NCBI GenBank assembly: GCA_964389655.1
Contig: CAYMED010000013.1
Location: forward strand, 1 to 64,000
Direction of reading: 5' to 3'
Source of the DNA: an uncultured Candidatus Poseidoniales archaeon
GTDB lineage: Archaea; Thermoplasmatota; Poseidoniia; Poseidoniales; CAYMED01
Length of the DNA: 64,000 nt
The notes under the pieces were generated by a model. It worked only from the letters and a program-made list of their open reading frames with translations, was not told the DNA's origin and did not search any database. The translations under genes and the position numbers were made by a program. Below, piece by piece: positions 19,289 through 29,209 of the stretch. The stretch's first letter is position 1. The number at the start of each line of letters is the position of its first letter.

Positions 19289-20908
19289 TCATTTATGCTT
19301 CATCTCTTGATGATCTTCTTCTCTCCATCGGTCTAACATTCCTTCCAACTCATGTTTCTGATTTGCCTCTAAATCAGCACTTTCCGTCAATAAATGTTTG
19401 ACTTCTTCCTCATCGACCTGCCCATCTTCAAGTGCATCTTGGAGTGCCGAATGGATCGTAGAGGGTAAGTTACCAAGTACTTCTTCAGCTTCATTTTGTC
19501 TGGCAATACGCCTTGCATCCTCGATTTTTCGTTCGACTAATTGATATTGTTGTTCGTCAATTTTACCCTTCCGATAGTCTTCCGACACGCCTTCTTTCAT
19601 CCGATCAATTTGTGTTTCAAGTTCTTGCACATTTGATCCTAAACTCTCAACGATTTGATCGAGATCTTGGAGATAACCACGGACTTTTGCCCGCCTTTTC
19701 CGCAAGAGGAGCCAGCCAATCATTGATGCAAGAATTGCCAGCCCTGCAAGGATCAATTCCCCCCATCGTTCTAGAAATCCTTCCTCTTTTGTCGAGATAT
19801 CTACAGACTGTCCAAAATTCTCTAGTGTTGTGAATGAATATTGGTATGCTTGCATAGGATTTCCTGCCATGTCGGCGACTCCATCAATATGGACTGTGTG
19901 AAGCATTCCTGAAGCTAACATATTTTTTGGGATGAATCTGAATTCACTCTTGCTTCCAGCAAGGTTCGAAAATACATTCCCTTCTACATTCCCTTCAGCG
20001 GTTGAAACCGTAATTGATGCATGCTCTGAGACTTGCTCGCTGAGTCGAATGACAATTTCGGTATTGTTTGCGACATTCATAGCATCAACAGCAGGGTTTA
20101 TTTGATCAATCTCGATGCTTGGCGCTTTCGTATCAACTGTAATGTTGATGCTAGTTATTGATTCTTGATGTCCTAACCACTGATGTGAAGATGCTCGCAT
20201 ATCGAGGATTAGGGGTTGGTAACCTTCGTCAAGGTTTGTCCAACGAATTGGGCCTGTAGAAGTGTGCATTTTCATATTTGATGCACCTTGTTCATCGAAC
20301 ATATAGTGTATATGAGGCCCTCCAAGCTGAATTGAGTGATTCTCTACCACAAATGTCATCTCAATAGATGTTGAGTTCAGATATGCCCCTTCCGTTGGGT
20401 TTGTGATCAATATTCGAGCTACTCCTACCGTAAATGTCCATGTATGATCTGGTAACGGGTCTCCACTGCCATTAGTTACGCCAGATAGATGGGCTGTGAT
20501 TCTCTCACCTGATGGGCATAAATGGTAGACGTTTCCTTGTCCTGTGCTACAATCTCTTTTCGGCAAGGTGATTCGTACATCATCACTTATTCTCGAGATT
20601 TCAGTGCCTGAAATGACCCCTGTGAGGTCACTTGTCAAAGTGATATTTGCGGAATCAATATTTGGATCCTCTCCAGTAAATGACACTTTAAGATGCGTGT
20701 GTTCATGCCACGACACAACAGCTCCATCAAGTGGAGTAATGGTGTCCGATCGTGCTTCAATCGTGCTCTGATTTGAAGCGCTTGGGAGTATCGCATGGTG
20801 CTGCCTCAACCCACTTTCAAGATTACACCCATCTGCTAGGATGCACAGAATAAACCCAAGAAATAGAATCGGCCCGTACCGAGAAGGCCGCCGAATGTGC
20901 TCTGCCAT
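19289..20908 (-). CDS. Surface protein with Ig-like (Big_5-like) domains, TM anchor and cytoplasmic helical domain
   Basis: DTKAPSI...VADMAGNPM...YSFTT Ig-like pattern; TM followed by RKRR; start moved to ATG 20908 because the longer ORF runs antisense through the tRNA. Confidence 0.75.
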   Translation of the reverse strand: MAEHIRRPSRYGPILFLGFILCILADGCNLESGLRQHHAILPSASNQSTIEARSDTITPLDGAVVSWHEHTHLKVSFTGEDPNIDSANITLTSDLTGVISGTEISRISDDVRITLPKRDCSTGQGNVYHLCPSGERITAHLSGVTNGSGDPLPDHTWTFTVGVARILITNPTEGAYLNSTSIEMTFVVENHSIQLGGPHIHYMFDEQGASNMKMHTSTGPIRWTNLDEGYQPLILDMRASSHQWLGHQESITSINITVDTKAPSIEIDQINPAVDAMNVANNTEIVIRLSEQVSEHASITVSTAEGNVEGNVFSNLAGSKSEFRFIPKNMLASGMLHTVHIDGVADMAGNPMQAYQYSFTTLENFGQSVDISTKEEGFLERWGELILAGLAILASMIGWLLLRKRRAKVRGYLQDLDQIVESLGSNVQELETQIDRMKEGVSEDYRKGKIDEQQYQLVERKIEDARRIARQNEAEEVLGNLPSTIHSALQDALEDGQVDEEEVKHLLTESADLEANQKHELEGMLDRWREEDHQEMKHK

Positions 20909-21003
20909 TGATTTGCCCTGAAGGCTCTCGACCAATAATTTGCTCACTCCTTCCGATTCGTTTCGGATGGTTTCAAACGAGATGCAGCATCCGCAAGACC
21001 GAC

Positions 21004-21081
21004 GCCAGCGTAGCATAGCCCGGCTAATGCGACGGTTTTGTAAACCGTAGATCGGGGGTTCAAATCCCTCCGCTGGCTCCA
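21004..21081 (+). tRNA. tRNA-Thr(UGU), CCA encoded, no intron
   Basis: Acceptor GCCAGCG/CGCTGGC, D-stem GCAT/ATGC, anticodon arm ACGGT-TTTGTAA-ACCGT, T-loop TTCAAAT, discriminator T then CCA. Confidence 0.96.
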
Positions 21082-21135
21082 CAAAAATGTGTGAAATAGA
21101 GAAACACTCAATCATGGGACTCTTCTCGGTAGGAC

Positions 21136-21729
21136 ATGACGGACTTGTTTACACAGGATACTTACATCATACGTGAAAAATTCTTGAGAGTATTCGGGAA
21201 TGTCTTTTGGGTAACCACTCTTGAAGGCGAACATATTGCGTATTGCCGACAGAAGCGCCTCCGAATCAAGGAAGATATACGCCTTTATCCAAGTGAAGAA
21301 TCCTTCCGTTCGGGTGGGCAAGAACTGGTTGTCATCCGAGCTCGCAACATTATCGATGCTTGGGGTGGATATGACATATTTGATGCAGCAACCGGCCAAT
21401 CGGTAGGAAGTGCCCGACGAAAAGCTCTGAAATCACTTATCCGAGATAATTGGACCATTTTCGATGCTGCTGGGAATGAGATTGGAACTATGAAAGAAGA
21501 TAGCATGGGGAAAGCCCTTCTGCGACGATTGATACCACTCGGCACCTTGTTCCCCCAGCGCTTTGATTTTGAGATCCCGGGTCAAGCACCGATTCAACTT
21601 TACCAGTTGTTTAACCCCATCTTTCGACGTCTTCAGGTTCGAATTCCCCCAGAACACCCCATAGATCGCCGCTTAGTTGCAGGACTGGCAATTCTTGTCT
21701 CTGCTATAGAAGGCAGACAAAATAGATGA
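21136..21729 (+). CDS. LURP-one / scramblase / Tubby-C-like protein
   Basis: QKRLRIKEDIRLY, IIDAWGGYDI.D, RRKALKSLIRDNW pattern. Confidence 0.7.
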   Translation: MTDLFTQDTYIIREKFLRVFGNVFWVTTLEGEHIAYCRQKRLRIKEDIRLYPSEESFRSGGQELVVIRARNIIDAWGGYDIFDAATGQSVGSARRKALKSLIRDNWTIFDAAGNEIGTMKEDSMGKALLRRLIPLGTLFPQRFDFEIPGQAPIQLYQLFNPIFRRLQVRIPPEHPIDRRLVAGLAILVSAIEGRQNR

Positions 21730-22637
21730 TTGTGGCAAGATCGATGAAGGACCTACCCACCCGTGATACTGTGTCTGCCCGCGTTTTGGATGGAGTGGCA
21801 TGTGCTGCTAGCCTTGAAGAAATTCTGTTGAAGGATATTTCTGAACTGGGTCTAACTCCGCATTTGGCTGTAATCATAGTGGGTGATGACCCAGCGAGCC
21901 ACATTTATGTTGGTGCGAAAATAAGAGCATGTGAGCGATTGGGGATTCAGTCGACCCATGTCACTCTGCAATCAAGTGCGAAATGGGAGGAATTAGTTGC
22001 AGAAATTGAACGGATGAATTCTGATGATTCAGTTCATGGCATCCTAGTCCAATCTCCTCTGCCTGATCACATGGATGAAGAAAAACTAGCGAGTCTCATT
22101 AATCCAGCTAAAGATGTGGATGGCTTTCACCCTCAGAATCTGGGGCGTTTAATCCAAGGGAAAACCGATGGATTGGTTCCATGTACGCCTGCTGGCGTAA
22201 TGCGAATGCTTGAATGGGCCGAAATTGAAACGCGTGGGAAACGGGCAATCGTGTTGGGGCGAAGTCATAATGTTGGAATGCCCCAAAGCCTTCTTCTTGC
22301 AGCTAGAGGATCTGATGCTACAGTTACAATCGTTCATTCGCAAACGCAAGACACAGCAGGCATCTGTCAAGATGCAGACATAATCATCTCTGCAATTGGT
22401 CAGCCGGAAATTGTTAGACGAGAATGGATAAAGCCAGGAGCAGTTATCGTCGATGTTGGAATTAATCGCATAGAGGACCAATCAAGAGAGAAAGGGTGGC
22501 GCCTTGTTGGTGATGTTCATCCGGAAGTCGAACATGTTGCCTCTTGGCTATCTCCCGTTCCTGGTGGAGTTGGACCGATGACAGTTGCAATGCTGATGGC
22601 AAATACAGTGGAAGCCGCAAGGCAGCAATTTCAATGA
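21726..22637 (+). CDS. folD: Methylenetetrahydrofolate dehydrogenase/cyclohydrolase
   Basis: YVGAK, GILVQSPLP, KDVDGFHP, PCTP, GRS..VG, PVPGGVGPMT. Confidence 0.96.
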   Translation: MIVARSMKDLPTRDTVSARVLDGVACAASLEEILLKDISELGLTPHLAVIIVGDDPASHIYVGAKIRACERLGIQSTHVTLQSSAKWEELVAEIERMNSDDSVHGILVQSPLPDHMDEEKLASLINPAKDVDGFHPQNLGRLIQGKTDGLVPCTPAGVMRMLEWAEIETRGKRAIVLGRSHNVGMPQSLLLAARGSDATVTIVHSQTQDTAGICQDADIIISAIGQPEIVRREWIKPGAVIVDVGINRIEDQSREKGWRLVGDVHPEVEHVASWLSPVPGGVGPMTVAMLMANTVEAARQQFQ

Positions 22638-22707
22638 TATTGGTGTTCTTATACACCTACTTGCAATCAAATTATCAACCCCTCGTGTCGTGGGGGGAGT
22701 GACTCAT

Positions 22708-23304
22708 ATGTCCCGTAGGCGTCCTAAACTTGGTCTGTTGGCCCTAGCATTTTCTCTTGGTAGTGTTGTATTCACAATGGCAAACAACCGTGGACTTATT
22801 GATCCGGGGGGGAACAAAATATACCTCCTATACTTCATCCTGCAGAAACTCGATGGAGTCGATCGGATTGCGATCACATATCAGGAACCTGGTGGCTTAA
22901 GCCTGCAGGATTTTGGCATGCTTGGAATAGCAGGGATCGCGTTTATCGTTGCCTTTATCTGCCTACGAAAAATGCCCCATTTCGATCGTCTTTCGATCGC
23001 CAATGAAGCGACACAGCGTGCGACCCTCCAAGAGCGCCCAATTGAAGTTGATTCAGGAGAGGAAAAAGTTGCAAACCCGATGACTCGGGAAATCGTTGCA
23101 GGAATTGTTGGAGATGATGCACTAAGACAATCTGAAACACGACCTGAGGCAATAGCTGAACCCGCTTCAAGTAAAAAGGAAGGATCAGAAGAAGTGATTG
23201 CTCCGCCATCACTGGATGATCTCTTTGGTGGATCTGATGATGGTGATGATGATGAGGATGGTGATGACGCACCTGCGTTGCCCAGTCTCGATGATATATT
23301 TTAG
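22708..23304 (+). CDS. Hypothetical 2-TM protein with acidic disordered tail
   Basis: Two hydrophobic helices; poly-Asp tract; PSLDD(L/I)F twice. Confidence 0.7.
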   Translation: MSRRRPKLGLLALAFSLGSVVFTMANNRGLIDPGGNKIYLLYFILQKLDGVDRIAITYQEPGGLSLQDFGMLGIAGIAFIVAFICLRKMPHFDRLSIANEATQRATLQERPIEVDSGEEKVANPMTREIVAGIVGDDALRQSETRPEAIAEPASSKKEGSEEVIAPPSLDDLFGGSDDGDDDEDGDDAPALPSLDDIF

Positions 23305-23305
23305 T

Positions 23306-24277
23306 TCATCCAGTCCATTCAATCCATTCATTGAGGCCGACATCTAGCCAATACCATCGACCCCAATCATCTTGGTGCCATTGAACATCTTCACTTGTTT
23401 CTGAGGCAACTTGCTCAACTCCGGTATATGGGTCATGAGCGATTTGTTGCTGAGAATGCGTTGTATGTCCAGTTACAATTGCACCGCCGTATTCCTGCCC
23501 CCAAGTCTGTTGTTGGTATTGTTGTTGCACTTGTTGCTGATTTTGCTGCTCCCAAGTCCGTTGTTGGTATTGTTGTTGCACTTGTTGTTGATTTTGCTGC
23601 TCCCATGTTTGTTGGGCGCGCTGTTGCCATGTATCTTGTCTTGCTGTTTGAGCATAGGCATCATGGGATTGATAGCCTACTTGGGTTGTAGCGTGCTGAT
23701 CCCATGCTTGTTCTTGGGCTGCTTGCGCATAAGCACCCTGTTGTCCCCAACCACTGTAGTCTGAGGCATGCCCTTGACGTCCAGCGTGTATTTCCTGATT
23801 TCTCTGCGCCCAAGTTTCAGCAGCAACTTGGCGTTGCTCGTGGAGAACTGCCTGTTGGGCGGTGAATGAACCACTTGCGGCACCAGATGTCAATGGTACA
23901 AAATTCTGATTGCTTAACACATCAGAAATTAGAGACGTGGTCTGGTGACTCAATAGTTGCTGGTTTAAATCACCAACTGCTTGATCACTCATAGCCTGAC
24001 TTGGATCCCAAATTGCATCTTTCCAGTCGTGATCTATTTCGGGGAAAAGAGTCCGCCAAATTGAACTTGCATGAGGGGTGAGGAATAAGCCGGTTGCAAT
24101 CATCAAGGGGAGTGTTGACAGTGGATGTATCAAGAATAACAGGTCAAGGGAGCAACTCCCTCGTACACCCGAGCATTCAACTTGTGCGTTTCGGGCACCG
24201 AGATAATTGAGCAATAGAGCGCCAATACTTGCAACAATCAGCGCCGAGCCAGTGGCAATGCGCACTAGAGAAAGCAT
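23306..24277 (-). CDS. Hypothetical 2-TM protein with Gln-rich tail and Trp-rich C-terminal motif
   Basis: TM-loop(2 Cys)-TM; Q-rich repeats; ends WHQDDWGRWYW...NEWIEW. Confidence 0.7.
   Translation of the reverse strand: MLSLVRIATGSALIVASIGALLLNYLGARNAQVECSGVRGSCSLDLLFLIHPLSTLPLMIATGLFLTPHASSIWRTLFPEIDHDWKDAIWDPSQAMSDQAVGDLNQQLLSHQTTSLISDVLSNQNFVPLTSGAASGSFTAQQAVLHEQRQVAAETWAQRNQEIHAGRQGHASDYSGWGQQGAYAQAAQEQAWDQHATTQVGYQSHDAYAQTARQDTWQQRAQQTWEQQNQQQVQQQYQQRTWEQQNQQQVQQQYQQQTWGQEYGGAIVTGHTTHSQQQIAHDPYTGVEQVASETSEDVQWHQDDWGRWYWLDVGLNEWIEWTG
23500..23614. repeat. 51-bp tandem coding repeat (about 2.3 copies) encoding TWEQQNQQQVQQQYQQ(R/Q)
   Basis: Copies at 23500-23550 and 23551-23601 differ at 2 positions; partial third copy. 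Confidence 0.9.
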
Positions 24278-24387
24278 CCGCACAATTTGCGAGATGCAGA
24301 AGTATGCTTTGTCCATGACGGTTAATTGCATCTCATGAATCCCGCGCAGGATTCAAGCCCGATTGAAGAAAGCGCATCTTTGTTCTC

Positions 24388-25215
24388 ATGGGCCTTGAAG
24401 ATGGGGAAGCCCCGGTTTCTGACCTTGAAAAAGAGTTGGAAGTACTCTTTGATGCCCCTGCTGGCCGTTTATTGAGGCTTGCTGGCCATAGATTGCGACG
24501 GCGTTTAGGATTTCTAATGATCATGTTTGGACTATTGCTTGCAATTGGGATGCGTTTTTCGACAACTGTACTCTCATGGCTAATTGAGGGTTCTGGATTA
24601 GTTCCAAATGACGTTGAATTAGTGGTCTTATCTCCAATTGAAGTCATCTTGATCCGCCTCCGAATTGCAGTCGGTTTGGCAACATTTGTGTGTGTTTTGT
24701 TCATTGCATTAGATATCGCTTTAGTTGCTCGTCGTACCCCTGAAGTGCGTGCTTGGGCAGATGAAATCGATTTAGACCTTCATCCACCCCCTGCAATTGT
24801 TCTGTTTTGGATCTCCTTTGGAATTGTTCTAGCAATTGCAGGGTTAGTATATGCAATCAAAGTCCTCATCCCATTTGTTTTATCCTATCTGCACGCAGAT
24901 GCCCTTGCAGCAGATGTACTTCCGACATGGCGATTGGCAGATTTCATCGGATTTGTGGTTTCTCTTGGAATTGGATCAATGACTGCTTTTGAAGTTCCCT
25001 TAGTTACGCTGCTGATGCTACAGGGTGGTGCCCTTGACCCTAAGGAAGTCCAAGCGAATAGGCGACATGTATGGTTTATTGCCGCAGTGGCAGGGGCCAT
25101 GCTTTCTCCACCAGATCCTGTTTCAATGCTTCTCGTCAGTGCACCCATGATTATCCTATTTGAAGTTGCAATTTTTGCAGATAAATTGGTGAGGATGGTA
25201 CAAGATGAGAGGTGA
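24388..25215 (+). CDS. tatC: Twin-arginine translocase subunit TatC
   Basis: LSPIE, AFEVP, AMLSPPDPVSMLLVSAPMIILFE; about 6 TM. Confidence 0.88.
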   Translation: MGLEDGEAPVSDLEKELEVLFDAPAGRLLRLAGHRLRRRLGFLMIMFGLLLAIGMRFSTTVLSWLIEGSGLVPNDVELVVLSPIEVILIRLRIAVGLATFVCVLFIALDIALVARRTPEVRAWADEIDLDLHPPPAIVLFWISFGIVLAIAGLVYAIKVLIPFVLSYLHADALAADVLPTWRLADFIGFVVSLGIGSMTAFEVPLVTLLMLQGGALDPKEVQANRRHVWFIAAVAGAMLSPPDPVSMLLVSAPMIILFEVAIFADKLVRMVQDER

Positions 25216-26413
25216 TCCTGGTGCAGCATCCCCTGATCGGGAGGGGCCTATTGAGAATACTTTTCAGGCCATGGTTGAAGGTATCTCTCGCTTTGATGGG
25301 GTGGAGATGGATCTTCGGTTGACATCTGATCATGAGCTTGTTCTTTTTCATGACCGAATTCTTCCTCCCTTGCTGCATCAAAAAATTGGTGGGAGTCTCT
25401 ATCCCGAACATCATACGGCCGATGAACTTGAAACCGTTGGAATCTCCCGACTTGCTAGCATACTCGAAGACGCACGGTTTCGTGATACATGGGTAGAACT
25501 TCCTGTGTTAAATTCGCTTGAATTTAAATTGCCATATCCTGCATCTAGAGTTGCAGGCGGCTGGTTTTCTCGGCGTGGCCATAGGGAGCATCTTGCCAAA
25601 ATGTACTCTATTCTGAGGCCCATGCTCAAAGACTCAAGTATTCCAGATCACAATGTTGTTGTTACTGCATTTTCTCCTCATCTGATGAAAGCCCGCACTC
25701 AATCTGCGTGCGAATCACTCCCATCTGCCATCCTTCGACCGACGGTTCAGCCATGGGGTGGTCCCTTCATGGAGCGATTTTGGGCGATGCCTGCTTATGC
25801 ACTTCACCCATTCAGAAGGATGGTCTCAAAAAATAGGCGTGATGGAAGTCCATTTCTTCCAATGGCTCTTCACTATCTCCAACCTTTCTCTCGACGCATT
25901 GTTCTCGGAAGTCCTATCGGTTTTTTTGGCAAGGCTCTGCGCCGCTTTGAAGGACAGCGAAAAGAAGTTCCAGTACACATATTCCCGACACCATTGGATG
26001 TGGAATGGCGTCTTCGAGATATCGGAGCATCAGCCATAAGTGACCATGATCCACTTTACCGCCCGCTAGATGACGATGGCCGCGCGCGTTGGACCCAACC
26101 TGCGACTTATCCCATTGATGAATTAATGGAGGCAAACCTTCGCTCGTGTCACGGTGAGGATGCAAAAGAAAAGCGAAATCTCGCCATCAAAGAAAAAACA
26201 CCGTGGAATGAGATTTCAACTGGCGAGCGCCGTAAAATCATTGAAGGGTGGCGAAAACGTTGGCGTTGGCGGAGAGATCTCGATATGTTAATGGAAGAAG
26301 TTTCAGGAAACCAACTTCCATGGGAAGCAGTCCGCGTTACAGGTCATCGAGGTTGTGGGGAAAGCCATCGACCATTTTCACTCCCCCCCTCATTGTTAGC
26401 ATCGGGAGTCTGA
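25205..26413 (+). CDS. Glycerophosphodiester phosphodiesterase family protein, apparently circularly permuted
   Basis: ENT...GVEMDLRLTSDHELVLFHD at the N-terminus; LEFK; VTGHRG at the extreme C-terminus. Confidence 0.8.
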   Translation: MRGDPGAASPDREGPIENTFQAMVEGISRFDGVEMDLRLTSDHELVLFHDRILPPLLHQKIGGSLYPEHHTADELETVGISRLASILEDARFRDTWVELPVLNSLEFKLPYPASRVAGGWFSRRGHREHLAKMYSILRPMLKDSSIPDHNVVVTAFSPHLMKARTQSACESLPSAILRPTVQPWGGPFMERFWAMPAYALHPFRRMVSKNRRDGSPFLPMALHYLQPFSRRIVLGSPIGFFGKALRRFEGQRKEVPVHIFPTPLDVEWRLRDIGASAISDHDPLYRPLDDDGRARWTQPATYPIDELMEANLRSCHGEDAKEKRNLAIKEKTPWNEISTGERRKIIEGWRKRWRWRRDLDMLMEEVSGNQLPWEAVRVTGHRGCGESHRPFSLPPSLLASGV

Positions 26414-26420
26414 TTCAACA

Positions 26421-27944
26421 TTGAATCCAGTTCCTCATCCCCCACATGGAACATGGGCACTACATTCTAGAGAAGTTTCCGTACTTGATGTGAATGCAGT
26501 CTCACTTGGAATCTCCGTTTCAGATCTGATGGAGGCTGCGGGGACATTTCTTGCGGATCATGTGGAAGAGTTGGTTGATTCACGTTCTGGGCTCATCTTG
26601 GTAGCATGTGGCTTGGGAAACAATGGCGGTGATGGTTGGGTTGCAGCTAGAATTCTTGTTGAGCGCGGTTACAATGTCAGAGTATGGTCAGCTGGAATAC
26701 CTCGCACAGCAACTGCCTTAGAGGCGTATTCATCGGCACGAGACCTTGAAGTTCCTATTGATGATATAATTCCTGAATCTTTAGGTGTTGTTTGTGTGGT
26801 TGATTGTCTATTGGGCGCAGGCATGCGCTTGGGCCCTCTAAGAAAACCCATCTCCGAGTTATGCGATCGAATTTTGGAATTACTAGAAATTCATGATGCT
26901 AAATTGTTAGCTTGTGATGTTCCCACTGGAATTAGATGTGCAGGTGGTCTTTCGGCAGATATGACCGTTGTCTTTCACTCGGATCGCATTGGCTTTCGTG
27001 ACAAGGATGGCAATTATGTTCCAGAATTAGGTGATGTTCGTGTTGTTTCTCTGCCATGGCCAGATGGCGTGGTTGCACCAGGTCCTGGTGATGCGATTCG
27101 TCGTCCACCCCTCGATAAAAGTGCAAAGAAAGGTGAAAACGGCCGTTTGCTAATTGTAGGTGGGGGGCCTTATCATGGAGCTCCTCTGCTTTCAGGATTG
27201 GCAGCCCTACGCGTAGGTGCAGACCTTGTACACATTGCCATGCCAAAAGAAGCAGATGCACGTGTTACATGGCCAATGGATTTGCTACGCGTCCCCCTTT
27301 CTGATAAAGAACATCTGGGTGCACGAGGTGCTTCAGAGGTGAGTGACTTGTTGAACATGCCTCGGAAGCCCCATGCACTTCTCATTGGTCCCGGACTTGG
27401 GCGTGTTTCTTCTACACTTATGGCAGTTGAGAATATTCTTTCTATCTGCGCAAAAATGAATATTCCAGTTGTCGTTGATGCAGATGCAATTCATGCATTG
27501 CCATTTGGAATGTGGCCCCCGGGGTTGCAAGGGGTTGTAACTCCTCATGCAGGCGAATGTCGCGCTTGGCTCGGGACAGATGAACCAGACGTTTTGCCTC
27601 CTCAAAGCGACGACATTGAAATCAATGCGGAAGCACGAGTAATCATACGAACAGGATCTGTTGATCGAATTATAGGAACTAAAGGCCGCCTCACAGGTCT
27701 CTCAGGGGGACACCCACGTATGTCAATGGGTGGAACGGGTGATATCCTTGCTGGAATGGTTGCAGGCCTTCTGTGTCGTGGAATGCCGCCTTGGCCTGCC
27801 GCTCGTATGGCGGTTTGGGTCCTTCGAAAAACAGGATCCATTGTGGGTGAACGGCTGGGCGATGGTATGGTTCCCGAAGACCTTTTTGAAGCAATTGCGG
27901 AGACAATCGTTGAGGACGAACGTCTTTATTCATCAGTAACATGA
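26421..27944 (+). CDS. nnr: Bifunctional NAD(P)H-hydrate epimerase/dehydratase
   Basis: LMEAAG, GNNGGDG, DVPTG; KGENGR, GPGLG, DADA, TPHAGE, GGTGD. Confidence 0.93.
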   Translation: MNPVPHPPHGTWALHSREVSVLDVNAVSLGISVSDLMEAAGTFLADHVEELVDSRSGLILVACGLGNNGGDGWVAARILVERGYNVRVWSAGIPRTATALEAYSSARDLEVPIDDIIPESLGVVCVVDCLLGAGMRLGPLRKPISELCDRILELLEIHDAKLLACDVPTGIRCAGGLSADMTVVFHSDRIGFRDKDGNYVPELGDVRVVSLPWPDGVVAPGPGDAIRRPPLDKSAKKGENGRLLIVGGGPYHGAPLLSGLAALRVGADLVHIAMPKEADARVTWPMDLLRVPLSDKEHLGARGASEVSDLLNMPRKPHALLIGPGLGRVSSTLMAVENILSICAKMNIPVVVDADAIHALPFGMWPPGLQGVVTPHAGECRAWLGTDEPDVLPPQSDDIEINAEARVIIRTGSVDRIIGTKGRLTGLSGGHPRMSMGGTGDILAGMVAGLLCRGMPPWPAARMAVWVLRKTGSIVGERLGDGMVPEDLFEAIAETIVEDERLYSSVT

Positions 27945-29074
27945 ATGAACTTCGGTCGATATATTGGAACACCTTTTCCATTTCTCGCTCTTCTTTCATC
28001 TAGGATTTGCGCTCCGATACCAGCTGTTCTAGACCACCCAAAGAAAGTTGTGTATGTTTCAGGGTCTCTAAGTCCTACGGCATGAAGGAGTGTACCCGAA
28101 ACAAGGTCGACATTTGCATTTGGATTGCTAATTTTTGGGTTTTCTGCCAATACTTGACTTGCTACTTTACGTAATGTACACACAGTGCGGAAGTATTCAT
28201 CAGATGGGCATATGCGTTTTCCAACTTCAATTTGTAGGGTCGCTCGTGGGTCTTCTGCCCGTAATACTGCATGTCCGAAGCCATAGATCGGCCGTCCGGA
28301 TTCCAACTCCGACCTGACGAATGCCTCGACTTCATTTTCGTGATTACTTTTTACACGTCTTACAAATTCTAAGCATGATTGGTTGGCACGCCCATGAAGT
28401 GGTCCGGATAGTGCATGCATTGCTGAAGCCATGGCACTTGTTACATCTGCCTTTCCACTAGCTACTGCTTTAGCAGTGAATGTGGAAAGGTTCCCTCCTC
28501 CATGATCGAGATGCAATATGAAAAACGTTCGAACAATTTCTTTCATTCCCTCAATTTTTTCCAAAGGTGGTCCATAAGCGGTAACAAATCCTTCAACGAT
28601 CCCTCCTGATAAATCAGCAGAATCAACTGCACTGCGGCCTTCACGTAATCTCAAAATTGAGGCCATCAATGCGGGCATCCGTGCAAGTATCAGATAGACT
28701 TGTTCTTCAGCGTCTGCATGGGGCAGATCTGAAGCAATGATATCAATACAAGATGCAAGTGTTTTCATTGGGTGAGCAGACTTGGCAAGATGGGGTAAAA
28801 CATCCAATACAAGAGGTGGTAATTCAGAGTGCGCAGATAGATGATTCAGTAGTTTCCCAGCCTCCTCTGTATTCGGCAAATGCTTGTTTAGGAGTAAATA
28901 TATGACTTCTACTGGATTCATTCCTACAAGTTCGCTGATTGGCATTCCTACATAATGGACTCCAGTGTATGGATCTACACTACTTGTCCGGCAAGTTCCA
29001 ACAGGGATGCCTCGTAATCCTGAATCTAAATTTTCAGCAGTGACTGTGAAGAGGACTTCAGAGGGATCAGCCAT
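27926..29074 (-). CDS. gltA: Citrate synthase
   Basis: DHGGGNLST, GPLHGRAN, GFGHAVLR, NVD catalytic motifs. Confidence 0.9.
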   Translation of the reverse strand: MADPSEVLFTVTAENLDSGLRGIPVGTCRTSSVDPYTGVHYVGMPISELVGMNPVEVIYLLLNKHLPNTEEAGKLLNHLSAHSELPPLVLDVLPHLAKSAHPMKTLASCIDIIASDLPHADAEEQVYLILARMPALMASILRLREGRSAVDSADLSGGIVEGFVTAYGPPLEKIEGMKEIVRTFFILHLDHGGGNLSTFTAKAVASGKADVTSAMASAMHALSGPLHGRANQSCLEFVRRVKSNHENEVEAFVRSELESGRPIYGFGHAVLRAEDPRATLQIEVGKRICPSDEYFRTVCTLRKVASQVLAENPKISNPNANVDLVSGTLLHAVGLRDPETYTTFFGWSRTAGIGAQILDERRARNGKGVPIYRPKFIHVTDE

Positions 29075-29209
29075 GGGAATAGGTGTCGGAATGCATTCAA
29101 GTGTATAATTACAACGATGCCCGTTGTCGTACTTCTACGGGATTATTGCTAAAAAAATACTCTTCTATCGGTCATATTCATGACCCATCAACCCCACGGG
29201 TGTTTGAAT

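Noticed and set aside
21004-21081. tRNA as an integration site for an island
   Set aside because: I noticed no duplicated 3' tRNA fragment or integrase, and the flanking genes look host-like
20909-21115. N-terminal extension of the 608-aa ORF (EPAEGFEPPIYGLQNRR)
   Set aside because: It is the antisense translation of tRNA-Thr; the real start is probably ATG 20908
23500-23614. Direct repeats as a possible CRISPR array
   Set aside because: The repeats are contiguous, in-frame 51-bp coding units with no spacers, and no cas genes are present
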